This document shows, piece by piece, positions 10,860 through 22,302 of a stretch of 27,651 nucleotides of DNA. Every line of letters starts with the position of its first letter. Positions within the stretch are counted from its first letter, which is position 1. The stretch comes from Octopus sinensis. Its lineage: Eukaryota. A program made the translations under genes and the position numbers. Location of the stretch: the NCBI RefSeq assembly GCF_006345805.1, contig NW_021833314.1, positions 1 to 27,651 of the forward strand, read 5' to 3'. The notes under the pieces are model-generated. The model searched no databases and had not been told where the DNA came from. It saw only the letters and a program-made list of their open reading frames with translations.

Positions 10860-12435
10860 GATCTGTTCTACTTGATAATCACCGCACAGACTTACAAATG
10901 TAGAGATATAATAACATGCATACAATCATACATATGTACGCACATTCATACACACACAAACACATACATACACATAGGAGTTCAATATGCCAGTGCATGA
11001 ATTGATTATGGTCTGAAATTAACCCCCTTGCTCACAATATAAGGACACAGATTATGTGTCCATAGCCAGCTGGAAATGGTGTTTTTCTGGGGCTAGAATG
11101 TAGTAACATCGTTCTTCGTAGAACTGCCGCATTACGTTGGCAAGGAGACTTCACTGAAAGGTACTGTTACTACATATTTTTCGCTCAGAGATTTAAAACT
11201 AATTGTTTTTCTCCCCCCCCCCACACACAAATGAATACGTATAGGCACTCAAACACGTATCTACAAATTAAGATTAATCATTTATCATTTTTATTACTTT
11301 ATTTTTTTATCCATAACTCCAGAAAGTTTATTTGATGCTTTTGAATTTTAGATTTTTGAACTTTAATGTTTTTTTTTATTATATCTTTTATCGTATTTCA
11401 TCTAATTAAAGCCTATATAATAAACAGTATGATCCTCTCTTGCATACAAATTTCTTTCTAAATCATAAGGTCAATAATTCTATGCAACCCTTGCCGCTAA
11501 TACACATACACGCAAACGCAGAGTAGAAGCTAACACAAGAAATATCGCGCGCACATACCCACCACACGCCCACGCACATATAGACAGCCATTTAAGAAAC
11601 CCTCACCACATACTGTACTTACGCTATAATTGACCGCTAGTTTTCAATTAATAGATTCGTCATATCCCAAAAGTCAATAAAATCTAATTTATCTAAACCA
11701 ATCTAAATGGTCTGACTATGAAGTATATCTAGAATATTTTATTTGTTAATATACATACATTTAAACATCTTTCAATTAAAAAAGAAAAATTCAATGTATA
11801 CACAGAGCAACTATACAAGTGCAAACCAAAATTTCTATCTGTCAAAGCAAACTCATTGCTTCAAATCTCTTTCCCGTGGTGCATACAATTTATAGAATAT
11901 TTCTTTTATGAATACCAGCAAACATTTTACCATAGAACGTTGCTTGAACAAAGCTGAAGACAGATGAATCTTCAACTCGTAGTCAACAAGTATATCTAAT
12001 GCAAAACACACACAGACAAACACAGACATCCACCGCTCCCCATAGACAATAAATAAGTAACAACGATGTACAGGTCCTGTCTACCTCACTTGGAATTTGT
12101 ACTTCGGAAATACTACAGAAAGCACCTTTATATGAAGAGTACATGGGTAAATTACTAAGAGCGGATATCTTCACTTAGCTGGGTTGCGTTGTATACACAT
12201 GCAACAGGAATATTAGGTCCAATCACCCCTACACGGAGTCTTGATATTCAATATTCAAATAATATTGTTGAGGTGTGTGGACTATATCGAACTAGCAAGG
12301 TGCCTCAATTTAAGCACCTAGTTCAACTGAATCTTAAGTAGGTTTATATATATATATATATATATGTGAATATAATCAAGAATTTTTGTATCCCTAGCAC
12401 TAGGCTTCTTTATTTGGGAGCCCTTAATTATATTG

Positions 12436-12469
<34 letters not shown>

Positions 12470-12485
12470 CAATATATATATAGCA

Positions 12486-12691
12486 GTGGTTAGGGCAGCG
12501 GACTCGTGGTCGTAGGATCGCGGTTTCGATTCCCAGACCGAGCGTTGTGAGTGTTTATTGAGGGAAAACACCTAAAAGCTCCACGAGGCTCCGACAGGGG
12601 GTGGTGGCGATCCCTGCTGTAGTCTTTCGCCACAACTTTCTCACATTAACGGCGGTGCATCAGCATGACCGCAGCTCTGAGCTGAAACTAG

Positions 12692-12700
<9 letters not shown>
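12486..12700 (+). mobile_element. SINE-A head/body joined to a CR1/L2-type tail
   Basis: 12486-12642 matches the reverse complement of about 4680-4838. 12651-12691 (ggcggtgcatcagcatgaccgcagctctgagctgaaactag) matches the LINE tail at 6876-6919 and is followed by poly(A). Confidence 0.7.
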
Positions 12701-12760
<60 letters not shown>

Positions 12761-12761
12761 C

Positions 12762-13008
12762 TTCTTTTTTTTCACTTGTTTCAGTCATTTGGCTGTGACA
12801 ATGCTGGAGCACCACGTGTAGTCGAACAAATCGATCACCCCAAAACTTATGCATTGTAAGCCTAGTACGTATTCTATCGTTCTCTTTTGTCGAAGCGCTA
12901 GGCTACGGGAACGTAAACACACCAACATCAGCTGTCAAGCGATGGTGGGGGAACAAAGACAGACAAAAATAACAAGAACACACAAAAATACACACAAACA
13001 TATATATG

Positions 13009-13063
<55 letters not shown>

Positions 13064-14135
13064 ATAAAAATTATATATAAAGAAACAAGAACGTGAAATA
13101 CACAAAGGGACGAACACAGAAAACAGACGGGTCATTCGAAGCCTTTAATCTTCAGTCAGAAACCGGATCATCATACCAAATTTCGGCTGATTAATTCTGA
13201 TATTTGCTCCAACGCGGCCAGCTCCAAGGAAAAACTAAGCTGTGAGCATTAGATTTCTTGGAAAAAGGAACGAATGTAAACGCAACAAGGACAGAAAAAC
13301 GGACGAAGCCACACGAATATAAATACAAAAAACGAAAACAAAAATAAAGATAAAAACAAGAATTGTAATAACAGAATAACAGCAGGTGTCTTACGACTTT
13401 AGACAAATTGAGACAAATTTAACTTATCTAGCGGGCGTGTTTGGAAAAAATTGCCTTTTCGGCAGAGGGGGAACGATGTTGAGCGGGCCGCGGTCACCAA
13501 CGAAATGGCTTGTTAAGCAGCAGGTCACAAGAGGGTAGAGAGAGAGAAAGAGAGAAAGAGAGAGAAGGAATTAAAGAGGGTGGAAGACAGAGGGCGCCAA
13601 GGATTGACCAGGTCACGTGAGAGAAAGAAGGAATTAAAGAGGATGGAAGGAAGATGGGGGAAGAGACAGAGCGCGCCAAAATGGTTTAGCAACAGAAGCA
13701 ATGGCGCATAGCGAAGGCGAGAAAGAGAAAGACAGAAAGTGAGGTATAGAGAAAGATTTTAAATGGATAAAATGTAAACATACATAAGGGAACGAGGTGT
13801 ACGTACGCCGCAATAATATAGGTATAAAAATTATATATAAAGAAACAAGAACGTGAAATACACAAAGGGACGAACACAGAAAACAGACGAAGCCTTTAAT
13901 CTTCAGTCAGAAACCGGATCATCATAGCAAATTTCGGCTGATTAATTCTGATATTTGCTCCAACGCGGCCAGCCCCATATACGACGGGCTTCTTCCAGTT
14001 TCCGTCTAACAAATACACTTACAAGGCTTTGGTCGGCCAGAGGCTATAGTTGAAGACACTTGCCATAGGTAATACGCCGTGAGACTGAACCCAGAACGGT
14101 GTGGTTTGGAGGCAAGCTTCTCACCCAATCATGCC
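12762..14135 (-). mobile_element. SINE family B split by a nested insertion (3' half 12762-13058, 5' half 13977-14135)
   Basis: Both halves align to 5048-5530 in the correct order on the same strand; the break falls in the internal TA microsatellite. Confidence 0.75.
13061..13977. mobile_element. Unclassified element bounded by ~160-bp direct repeats
   Basis: 13061-13226 and 13821-13977 differ by 3 substitutions and one 9-nt indel. No TG...CA termini; non-coding purine-rich interior. Confidence 0.7.
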
Positions 14136-14154
14136 TGTATATATATATATATCA

Positions 14155-14323
14155 ATTGAGAAAATTATCGTCAGAATTTTGGAAAGTCCTTTTATTTCTT
14201 CATTATTATTAGCACTTTCGTTCCTCTCTAGAACTTGTCAAATACAATTCCATTTGATAAGTTCTATATATAATGAGGAAATAAAAGGATTTTTTCCAAA
14301 ATTCTGACGACTTTTTTCTCAAT
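14155..14323. repeat. Foldback palindrome (~52-bp outer arms plus 13-bp inner stem)
   Basis: ttgagaaaattatcgtcagaattttggaaa... pairs with ...tttccaaaattctgacgacttttttctcaa; inner stem agaacttgtcaaa/tttgataagttct. Confidence 0.7.
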
Positions 14324-14375
14324 ATTCAATTCTGTGCAGCACACCTAACACTCGATACATACATACATACATACA

Positions 14376-14463
<88 letters not shown>

Positions 14464-14748
14464 TATTTATTTATTTATTTATCTATTTATGTATATCGTT
14501 AATCAAATATTTTCAATAAGAATACAATATACTGATTTTCTAATAAGTGCTCTCGGTAGGGAAATGTGCTAAACATTAAAGGTAGTTAGACACTTAATAA
14601 GATCGGTTATATATTATAAAATTAGGAGCAGGAAAATTACATCAAAAACTCATCACAGAAGATATACGTCCAAAATAATATTGTATTAATAGATAGATGT
14701 ATAAATGTATAAAGTATGATTATTCAAAAAGTTTAAAATTTAAAATAA

Positions 14749-14835
14749 CTTACGATCGTTTCGTGATTGTATTACCTTTAGAAATGGAATCTAAAATTGA
14801 TAATCATTATTAGGTAATACAGCCACTCGTCAGAG
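14749..14835 (-). ncRNA. Type I hammerhead-ribozyme-like motif with extended stem II
   Basis: CTGACGA, stem II (GTG/CAC plus TGTATTACCT/AGGTAATACA), GAAAC-GATC-GTA. Stem I is only 2 bp. Confidence 0.6.
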
Positions 14836-14969
14836 AGAAAGAGTGTGAATTTCTGTGAATTCAATCGAAACCTATTTAAAAATATATGAAAACAATTTTT
14901 AAACAACATCTTTGTTCATATATTTTTAAATAGCATTCGATTGACTACACAGAAAATCACCCTCTTTCT

Positions 14970-15055
14970 CTGTGACGAGTGGATATATTGTCTAATAATG
15001 ATTATCAAATTTAGATTCCATTTCGAAGAGTAATACATCACGAAACGATCGTAAG
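14970..15055 (+). ncRNA. Degenerate hammerhead-like motif (C3 to G) in the inverted arm
   Basis: GTGACGA (14972-14978) ... CAC-GAAAC-GATC-GTA (15039-15053). Confidence 0.4.
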
Positions 15056-15207
15056 CTATTTTAAACTTTTAAACCTTTTAAATAATCATAGTTTATACAT
15101 TTATACATCTATCTATTAATACAATATTATTTTGGACGTATATCTTCTGTGATGATCTTTTGATGTAAATTTCCTGTTCTTATTTTATAATATTATATAT
15201 ATATATA

Positions 15208-15270
<63 letters not shown>

Positions 15271-15724
15271 ATAATATCTATATATAGATACACACAAATA
15301 TATATATATACACACAGATATATATTATGAATGGATGTCCGTTTGTATTTACAGAAGTCTAGACAGGAGAGATGTGGTAATAGTTTTAAGACTCTTGCTG
15401 GTATTTGTGAGAATAGAATGACTTCAGTTATGTAAAACAAATAAATTAGGACGTCGCCAGATTTCTGTAGCAACTAATCAACAATATATGTCAATTTGTT
15501 CAGGAGTGGTTACTGATTCCATATTCATTGTTGCCAAAGAAATATCACTTATAAAATTAGTCGAGCCATTTTTACCCAATATGTGATATTTGGTGCTTGG
15601 GGAAATCATATCCAAAAGTTGATAAACAATATGCTCAGTGAGTCGTCTAGGAGATGATGGTTTTGAAATTTATGTAAGTAATAAGTATTTAGACACATAG
15701 TTTAGTATAAACTCTTATAATAAA

Positions 15725-16119
15725 CTTTTCTGCTACAGGCACAAGGTCTGAATTTGTGGGGGAGGGGTTAGTCGATTATATCGACCCCGTACGTAACCGG
15801 TACTCATTCATCGACCCCGAAAGGATGAAAGGCAAAGTCGACCTCAGCGGAACTTGAACTCAGAATGCAGCGGCGGACGAAATAGCTATTTCTTTACTAC
15901 CCACAAGGGGCTAAACACAGAAGGGACAAACAAGGACATACAAAGAGATTAAGTCGATTATATCGACCCCAGTGCATAACTGGTACTTATTTAATCGACC
16001 CCGAGAAGGATGAAAGGCAAAGTCGACCTCGGCGGAATTTGAACTCAGAACGTATGGACGGACGAAATGCCGTTAAGTATTTCGCCCGGCGTGCTAATGG
16101 TTCTGCCACCTCGCCGCCC
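15725..16119 (-). mobile_element. Dimeric tRNA-derived SINE family C with a 19-bp target-site duplication
   Basis: Two tandem units (16119-15946 and about 15885-15725), each with a GTTCAA B-box-like motif and ggggtcgat repeats. TATAAACTCTTATAATAAA occurs at both 15706-15724 and 16120-16138. Confidence 0.85.
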
Positions 16120-16679
16120 TATAAACTCTTATAATAAAGACCAAACATAAACATTTATATGAAAGGCAGGTATATGTAGGAGGACAAAATATGCGAACTC
16201 AAAATCGTTCTCCACGATGGCTTGGGTGTTAGAGGACAACAATATCAATATTCATCTAATGGAAGCCATTGCTAGACACAATAAGCTTTATGTTAGGGAT
16301 AAATACGGTTGCAATCTCTGCCCTTTGTAATTGTTGGAAATATTTAAACACACAGATGATGTTATTAATAGAATGAATGAATTACGTATCAATTCCTGCA
16401 TACAGTCCGTAGAATACTTAATCCGATCCTATAAGGTCTTCCCCGAGTGCTTATTACCTATTTATAACTCAAGCAACGAAACGCGAGGAATATATTTGGT
16501 TGCCTAGCGTATTATAATACTATTAATACGTATAATTGATCATATTTAAGCTACTTTTGCCTACCCGTTATTCTAACGACACATGCCGCTGGCTGTAATT
16601 ATATAATTTATATTTCATATAATTTATAATCCAATAACTTTATTCAATTTGCTTCAAGCCTTAGGTTATATTTATAATA

Positions 16680-18424
16680 TTTGCTTCAATCTTCCTAGTA
16701 ATGGCCTTTATAATTCTTTTTAATTCGTCATAATCCTGTAAATTCTTTTAATTTATTAACATTTAGGCCATTCACAATTCTTAGAAATTCTTTTACCACT
16801 TTTTAAATATTCTCCGTAATTTTAAAATTATTACAGTAGTGATCTAACCTGTCTAGAGAACCCGAAGAATTCTCATTGATTTGCTGTGCTGCCAATAATA
16901 ACGCCGGAATATTGGTTAACCGAAACGTAGGGAGTTTTGGTTTCCGTTTTATTTCTTAAATTGGGCATATCAGTTGTTTTTCCTTCTCAATTGGTTTTGG
17001 CCTTGCAACTCGTAGCCTCATCATATTACTCATCTCTCTAAAAATCGATGTTAAACTAACGTAATTTTGTACATATCTTCATGTTGACAATGATTATTGC
17101 TTAAACTACTTTCATTAGTCTAGTTTACATATATACTTCTTTATGCTAATGCCAAATGTACTGCTCACTTTTTTCTATGAGATTAATCCTATTACATTTC
17201 TATATAAGTATGTATAAGCTATGATTCCCAATTCTCTGAAATTTTTCAGAAACCTTCGCTACACTTTGTGTTTTGCCTTAAGTGATTTTTCCTGAATTAT
17301 TATAAGCCGGATAAATAAACCTAATATTCTATTATCTGTATAATAAAATGGTAGAAATTTAATCAAGAGAAATTAAGTAAAAATTAAGTGCCATTGAAAT
17401 TTGCTAAGCATATAAATCTTTTGATGTACCATCCAAAATATGACAACGGGAATGCTTCATGCTTCAGAACAACTTCGACAACTCTTTTCTAATATGTTTT
17501 TAAAGGGTCAAATGTCATGTTTTATGCCTGCTGCCTACTGGTATACAATTGTGTTTTTCCAGTACCAACCTTTATTAACTGAACCATTCTATAATTTATA
17601 ACCTCATTCCCCTACCCACACTTCTGGTTAACATTTTATAGTCCCGGGCAGTTTATATTTCTTAGAAATTTCATTTTCTCATCATTTGTTGATTAATCAG
17701 CATGTCCCCGTTCGCTTGTATTGGGTTGCCCGGAAAGTTCATGCCGATTTATAGTAGCTTAGCTTTCGACTTATTTTAGAACATGGTTGAGTCCATAAAA
17801 TAGGATTTGACTACACCTCCATTTAGAGCACAGTTTAAGCTAACTTTTCATGGAAGAAGGCTTATGTTCCTATAACCTTTGTTAATTCTGTAACCTTTTA
17901 AAATAGAAAATAAGAAAGTTCATTTTCGGCACTTGATGTTTTGGGAACCAGACAAAAATTGCTGCAGCTCGGCTGGGATGTGATACTCCACCCTGCATAT
18001 TCACCAGTTATTGCTCCCTCGGATTTCCACTTATTCAGGTCTGTGCAGAATAGTCTTAATGGTAAAAATTTCAATTCCTTGGATGACGTAAAAAGATAAC
18101 TTGTTGAATTCTTTGCTATGAAACCACCTCAATTCTTGGAAGAGGGTATTTTCAAGTGTAAGGAAAGATGGAGACGCATTGTGCAGCAGAATGGTTCATA
18201 TTTGGTTGATTAAAAATGTAATGGCAAGTATTTACTGAACTTTTTTTCTTTCCTTTAACAATCGGCACAAACTTTCCTGATAACCCAATACATTTCGTAA
18301 GGCCGATAAGGTCAGTGGTACGTAACGTGTTACTGAATTTTATGGATATTGTGGATACTGACTCTACTGTGATTACATCACCATAAATATTCTTACACAA
18401 ATTTTGCTGCTTCAGGTAACTCAT
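16680..18424 (-). pseudogene. Highly decayed hAT-like (DUF4371/ZMYM1-type) transposase relic, interrupted by a mariner
   Basis: Motifs in hAT order: GLTKC|TSERGHAD (continuous only after removing the mariner), YTS, IRKELSKLF..HILDGTSKDLYA*QISMALNF, ICTKL..NIDF*RDE*YDEA, PYV...EFFG. Many stops. The alignment is by eye only. Confidence 0.45.
17721..18288 (+). mobile_element. Internally deleted mariner (DD34D-type) element with TIRs and TA target duplication
   Basis: 29-bp TIRs (17721-17749, 18260-18288) with 5 mismatches, flanked by TA. N-terminal remnant IENKKVHFRHLM (17903) is fused to C-terminal TRQKLLQLGWDVILHPAYSPVIAPSDFHLFRS...ERWRRIVQQNGSY (17947-18213, one internal stop). Confidence 0.92.
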
Positions 18425-18658
18425 TCCTCTGCTTTTATTTTAAGGTTATATTAATCTTTGGATTCTTTTGCAAACTATCAAGATTGAAGATTATTAAACA
18501 ACAGCGAACTTCTCTTCATCGATGCGTTCATTTCATTAATAATAGATTGCGTAATTCTCTGATTTAAATAATTTTTGAGATAATAAGTGCCGGTTTACTT
18601 CACGCCGATGTGCCACGATCCTTAATGCATTCCCTTTTATGCATTCCCTTTAATGCAT

Positions 18659-18659
<1 letters not shown>

Positions 18660-18724
<65 letters not shown>

Positions 18725-18906
18725 TATGATAGACAGAAAACGGGTTGTCAAGTAAATTCGCTTAAATTTCTCCATCTACTTAAATCATAACTATTTTTAC
18801 CAAATCGTTCAATATGTGCGCCCTCGATTTGCAATTCACTGAAGGTAGAAATACATACATACATACATACATACATACATACATACATACATACATACAT
18901 ACATAC
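18660..18906. repeat. (GATA)n and (TACA)n microsatellites
   Basis: Perfect runs at about 18660-18724 and 18851-18906. Confidence 0.9.
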
Positions 18907-19236
18907 AAAAATATCCTGTTGTGGATATCGAAATTTCAATGAAGGAGCCTTTTATCTATGCTAGAAACCGGTTATTTCTCTATTGGTAAGAAATCTTCAA
19001 ATAAATAAAAATAGTGACATAATATATACATGCATGCATGCATACATATATGCATACATACATGAACACATACATACAAACATACATACGTACATTTGGT
19101 TTGAGCATTAGAGCATTTTAGCTCTTATTTCTAGCAATGTAGGTATTTCTAATAACCTAGTCACATTTAGTGATAATCATAAATTTCTCTTTTAATAAAA
19201 CATTGCACACGACCGGCTCTCTCTCTATATATATAC

Positions 19237-19354
<118 letters not shown>

Positions 19355-19368
19355 GTATAAATATATAT

Positions 19369-20033
19369 TGTCAGGTCGCTCTAGAGTGCTACTGGTAACA
19401 TGTAATCCAGTACAACCTGTTGCATGGTCGGGACGTCGGCGTCTAAACTGACAAGCCCACCAGGTTCGCTTGGTGAGGAGGGTGCTGTTGGACTCCCTGT
19501 GGGATGGGAAAATAAGACCCAACAAAGGGCGGATGAACTCCTGAATAGTCAACGGCCATCCAACAAAAATACCGGCCTGCCCGCCCAGCCAGTGGGATGG
19601 CGTCATCTTATGGCTAAAACAGCACGAAGAACGAAGAGAAAAGGAAAAAGGCCTCAGTACCCTGCACGTCAATCGGGCCACTCCATGACGGCGGAGTGCA
19701 ACTCGAGCGACGAGGGGCTGCTAAGAATCACAGGTTCTCGAAGGCCGTCATGGAGCAGGACTAACTTTGCCATATGCACCTACAACTGCAGGTCCTTGGC
19801 AGGGTGGCAAGAACTGAACCACCTAATGGAGGAGAGGAGGGTCGAGTGGTACTCGCGCGAGCGGAAAAGACCACCTTGAAGACCTCCACGACGGTGGAGT
19901 TACGATTTCAGGAGGACGATCGGGATCACGTGGATGAGAAAGGCGCGATCCAGAGAGGAGTGGACAGCGTGCTGTGACCAGCGGTGTCAAGTGGACGCCT
20001 GACGGACTGGTCGGTCAGGGTCATCAGGGTGAT
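19369..20033 (+). mobile_element. RTE-clade LINE internal-deletion derivative (5' UTR + endonuclease N-terminus fused to RT C-terminus + 3' UTR)
   Basis: FAICTYNCRSL (APE motif I) runs in frame into VEWYSRERKRPP*RPPRRWSYDFRRTIGITWMRKARSREEW (RTE C-terminal W-x-x-R..KR..GRP..RW pattern). Native stop at 20000-20002, then a short repeat tail. Confidence 0.85.
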
Positions 20034-20039
20034 ATATAT

Positions 20040-20885
20040 ATAAATGTATATACATATATATATGTCTCTGTGTGTGTGTGTGTGTGTAAATAATTGTCAC
20101 ATATTCTGTTGTGTCTGGAGAGAGTCCTTTTCTTTTTTGTGCCTTATAATGTAACACACTCACCGGTAAAATTTCCACTTATTTCTTATCTTTATTTTCT
20201 GATAATTTTCATTGTGTCTTGCAACCTTTCAATAGTCTTGACTCCGTCCGTTTTTTACACTGTGTTCCTTTTTGTTTGTTTGTGCGCATGTGTGTGGGTC
20301 AGTGTGTGCGTGTGTTTGTGCCTATGCATGCATGTACGTATGTATGTGTGTATGTATGTATGCATGTGTATGTATATATGTGTGTGTTTGCATCTGTATG
20401 TATGTATCCTGTATATTCATGTGCTTGCATGTCCGTGTTTGTGTATTTTCTATGTATTTGTGTGTGAGCATGTGTTTGTATATGTATGCACCTCTGTCTC
20501 CTTGTGTGTGCATGTCTCTGTGTGGGTGTAATGCAACTCTGTACCATGTATGCATGGATGGATGTGCATCTCTACATATGTACGTCCGTGTTCCCATATG
20601 TCCTTGTATGGAGTAAAGTGTGTGTGTTTGTGTGTGTATGGTCGTGTGTTTCAGTCTCCATCATTTGCGCATCTGTGCTTGTCTGTTCTTATAACCTATG
20701 TACCTATCCGTCTGTATGTTGATCTGTTTATTTTCATATCCATATGCTTACATACATTAAAAAAATACATGTGCATACATACACATTCACACACACACAC
20801 ATATACACACATACATGAATCTATCTACATGTGTGGGTATGAGTGTGTATGTATGCACTTGTTTTGTTTGATTTTTTTTTGTATG
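20040..20885. repeat. Degenerate (TG)n/(TATG)n tract with a ~180-bp embedded non-simple segment
   Basis: The C/V/Y/M-rich ORFs are artefacts. 20086-20265 is non-simple sequence, probably a dispersed repeat fragment. Confidence 0.8.
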
Positions 20886-20889
20886 TAAG

Positions 20890-21080
20890 CAAATGGTCTT
20901 GCATGTTAAAATCTGAAGGTTCAGTAAATTGTATCATATTTTTGTTACTTTTCATTTGTCTTGCTCGCTTACGTTCTGGTGTTTGCTGAATTTTTCTTGA
21001 GAAAATTTCTTAGTGGTAAGACCATAGCGGATCTACTTCTAGCATAAGCGTTGTCCACATAGCGGTCATCCCTCTCATGC
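20890..21080. mobile_element. Single-arm copy of the asymmetric foldback family
   Basis: 21033-21076 nearly equals 22350-22393; 20945-21035 is the reverse complement of 24065-24170; 20929-20945 is the reverse complement of 22404-22420. Confidence 0.7.
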
Positions 21081-21125
21081 GTATATATATATATATATAT
21101 ATATATAGATATATATATATATATC

Positions 21126-21215
<90 letters not shown>

Positions 21216-22237
21216 TATATATATATTATATATATACACACATATATATATACCTATATACCTATCTTCATATGTAGATATGTAGGTTGATATGCCTTGA
21301 GGACAGTGTTTCTTCTAGTACTTACGATGAAATTTATTCCAGTTTCGTGTCAAATTATCAGAAAGAGAAAATTCTTCCTTCATGCTTATATTGTTTATAT
21401 CATGCCATGCAGTGTAAATCAATGTCAAAATATCATATATACGATTTCGAACACGGAAAAGTTTCAAAAATTACATTTATGTCACTTATCAGAAATAAAT
21501 ATTGATATTTTATTATAAACTACTGGCGTTACAGTTCTTGTCAGTCGTGAGATTTCTAGCTTGTCAACAGCATCAATATCGTATTAGGTCAAAGATCAAA
21601 ACTGATCAGAAATTGTGCGTTAGAAAATTATTACGCATTTAGAGATTGCTTTTAGGAATTCATTTAACTGATGTCACAAACATTTTCATGTATTTCGTTT
21701 CTTATTTAGAAATTCATTTCATCCCATTCAATGAATCTCATTATTTATAACGCGTCTAAAGTTTTAAAGTGATTTCTATATAAAAGACATTGATTTATCG
21801 TAGGGGAGTACGAACAACCGCAGGGATATGGATAATCTCCTGGCAAACTAAGTCCTGTAAACCTGTTTCAATTCATTTAGAAAGCATTTTCCGTTATCCT
21901 ACTTACCTCCCATTCAACCCATCCCATTAAAATAGACGTTCAAAATGGCGGAAGCCTAAAGTTACGTTGAGGTTTGAGCAGAAGTAGAAATGGATTTACA
22001 GTATTTAAATAGCTATGATGCTGAAGCTCTGAAAGCAAGAGTAATGTCGCTAATGTAACGATTAATTTGGTGTGGGTAGCACTGCGAAAAATGCCGATGA
22101 TGCAGTAAATTTGCTTTTACAGCAGTAAAATTATTGTCTGTCTCTCTGTCACTCTTTCTCCTTCTCTCTCCCCACGTATAACTGTATGCATGTGTGTGTG
22201 CGTGCTTGTGTGATATATATATATATATATAATATGC

Positions 22238-22269
<32 letters not shown>

Positions 22270-22302
22270 GTGCATATATATATATATATAGTAAATGCAT
22301 AC

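Larger units (their letters stand above)
14490..15195. mobile_element. Penelope-like pseudo-LTR fragment with a partial inverted copy (~285-bp arms, ~16-nt spacer)
   Basis: 14610-14895 and 14912-15195 are reverse complements. 14490-14895 is homologous to 23449-23835. Each arm carries a hammerhead-like motif and both ends abut TA-rich microsatellite. Confidence 0.7.

Noticed and set aside
13125-13160. CTGAAGA...GAA...GTC on the minus strand of the direct repeat
   Set aside because: GAAA is broken (GAAT), the stems do not register, and the second repeat has a deletion here.
17552-17566. GTGKT Walker-A-like peptide on the minus strand
   Set aside because: No Walker B or helicase context; the surrounding motifs fit a hAT transposase better.
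20201-20237. Possible hammerhead (CTATTGA...GAAAATTA) on the minus strand
   Set aside because: Core and stems are too degenerate in this copy.
21287-21518. 72- and 73-aa non-repetitive ORFs
   Set aside because: Short, no recognisable motif and no convincing splice-site pair.
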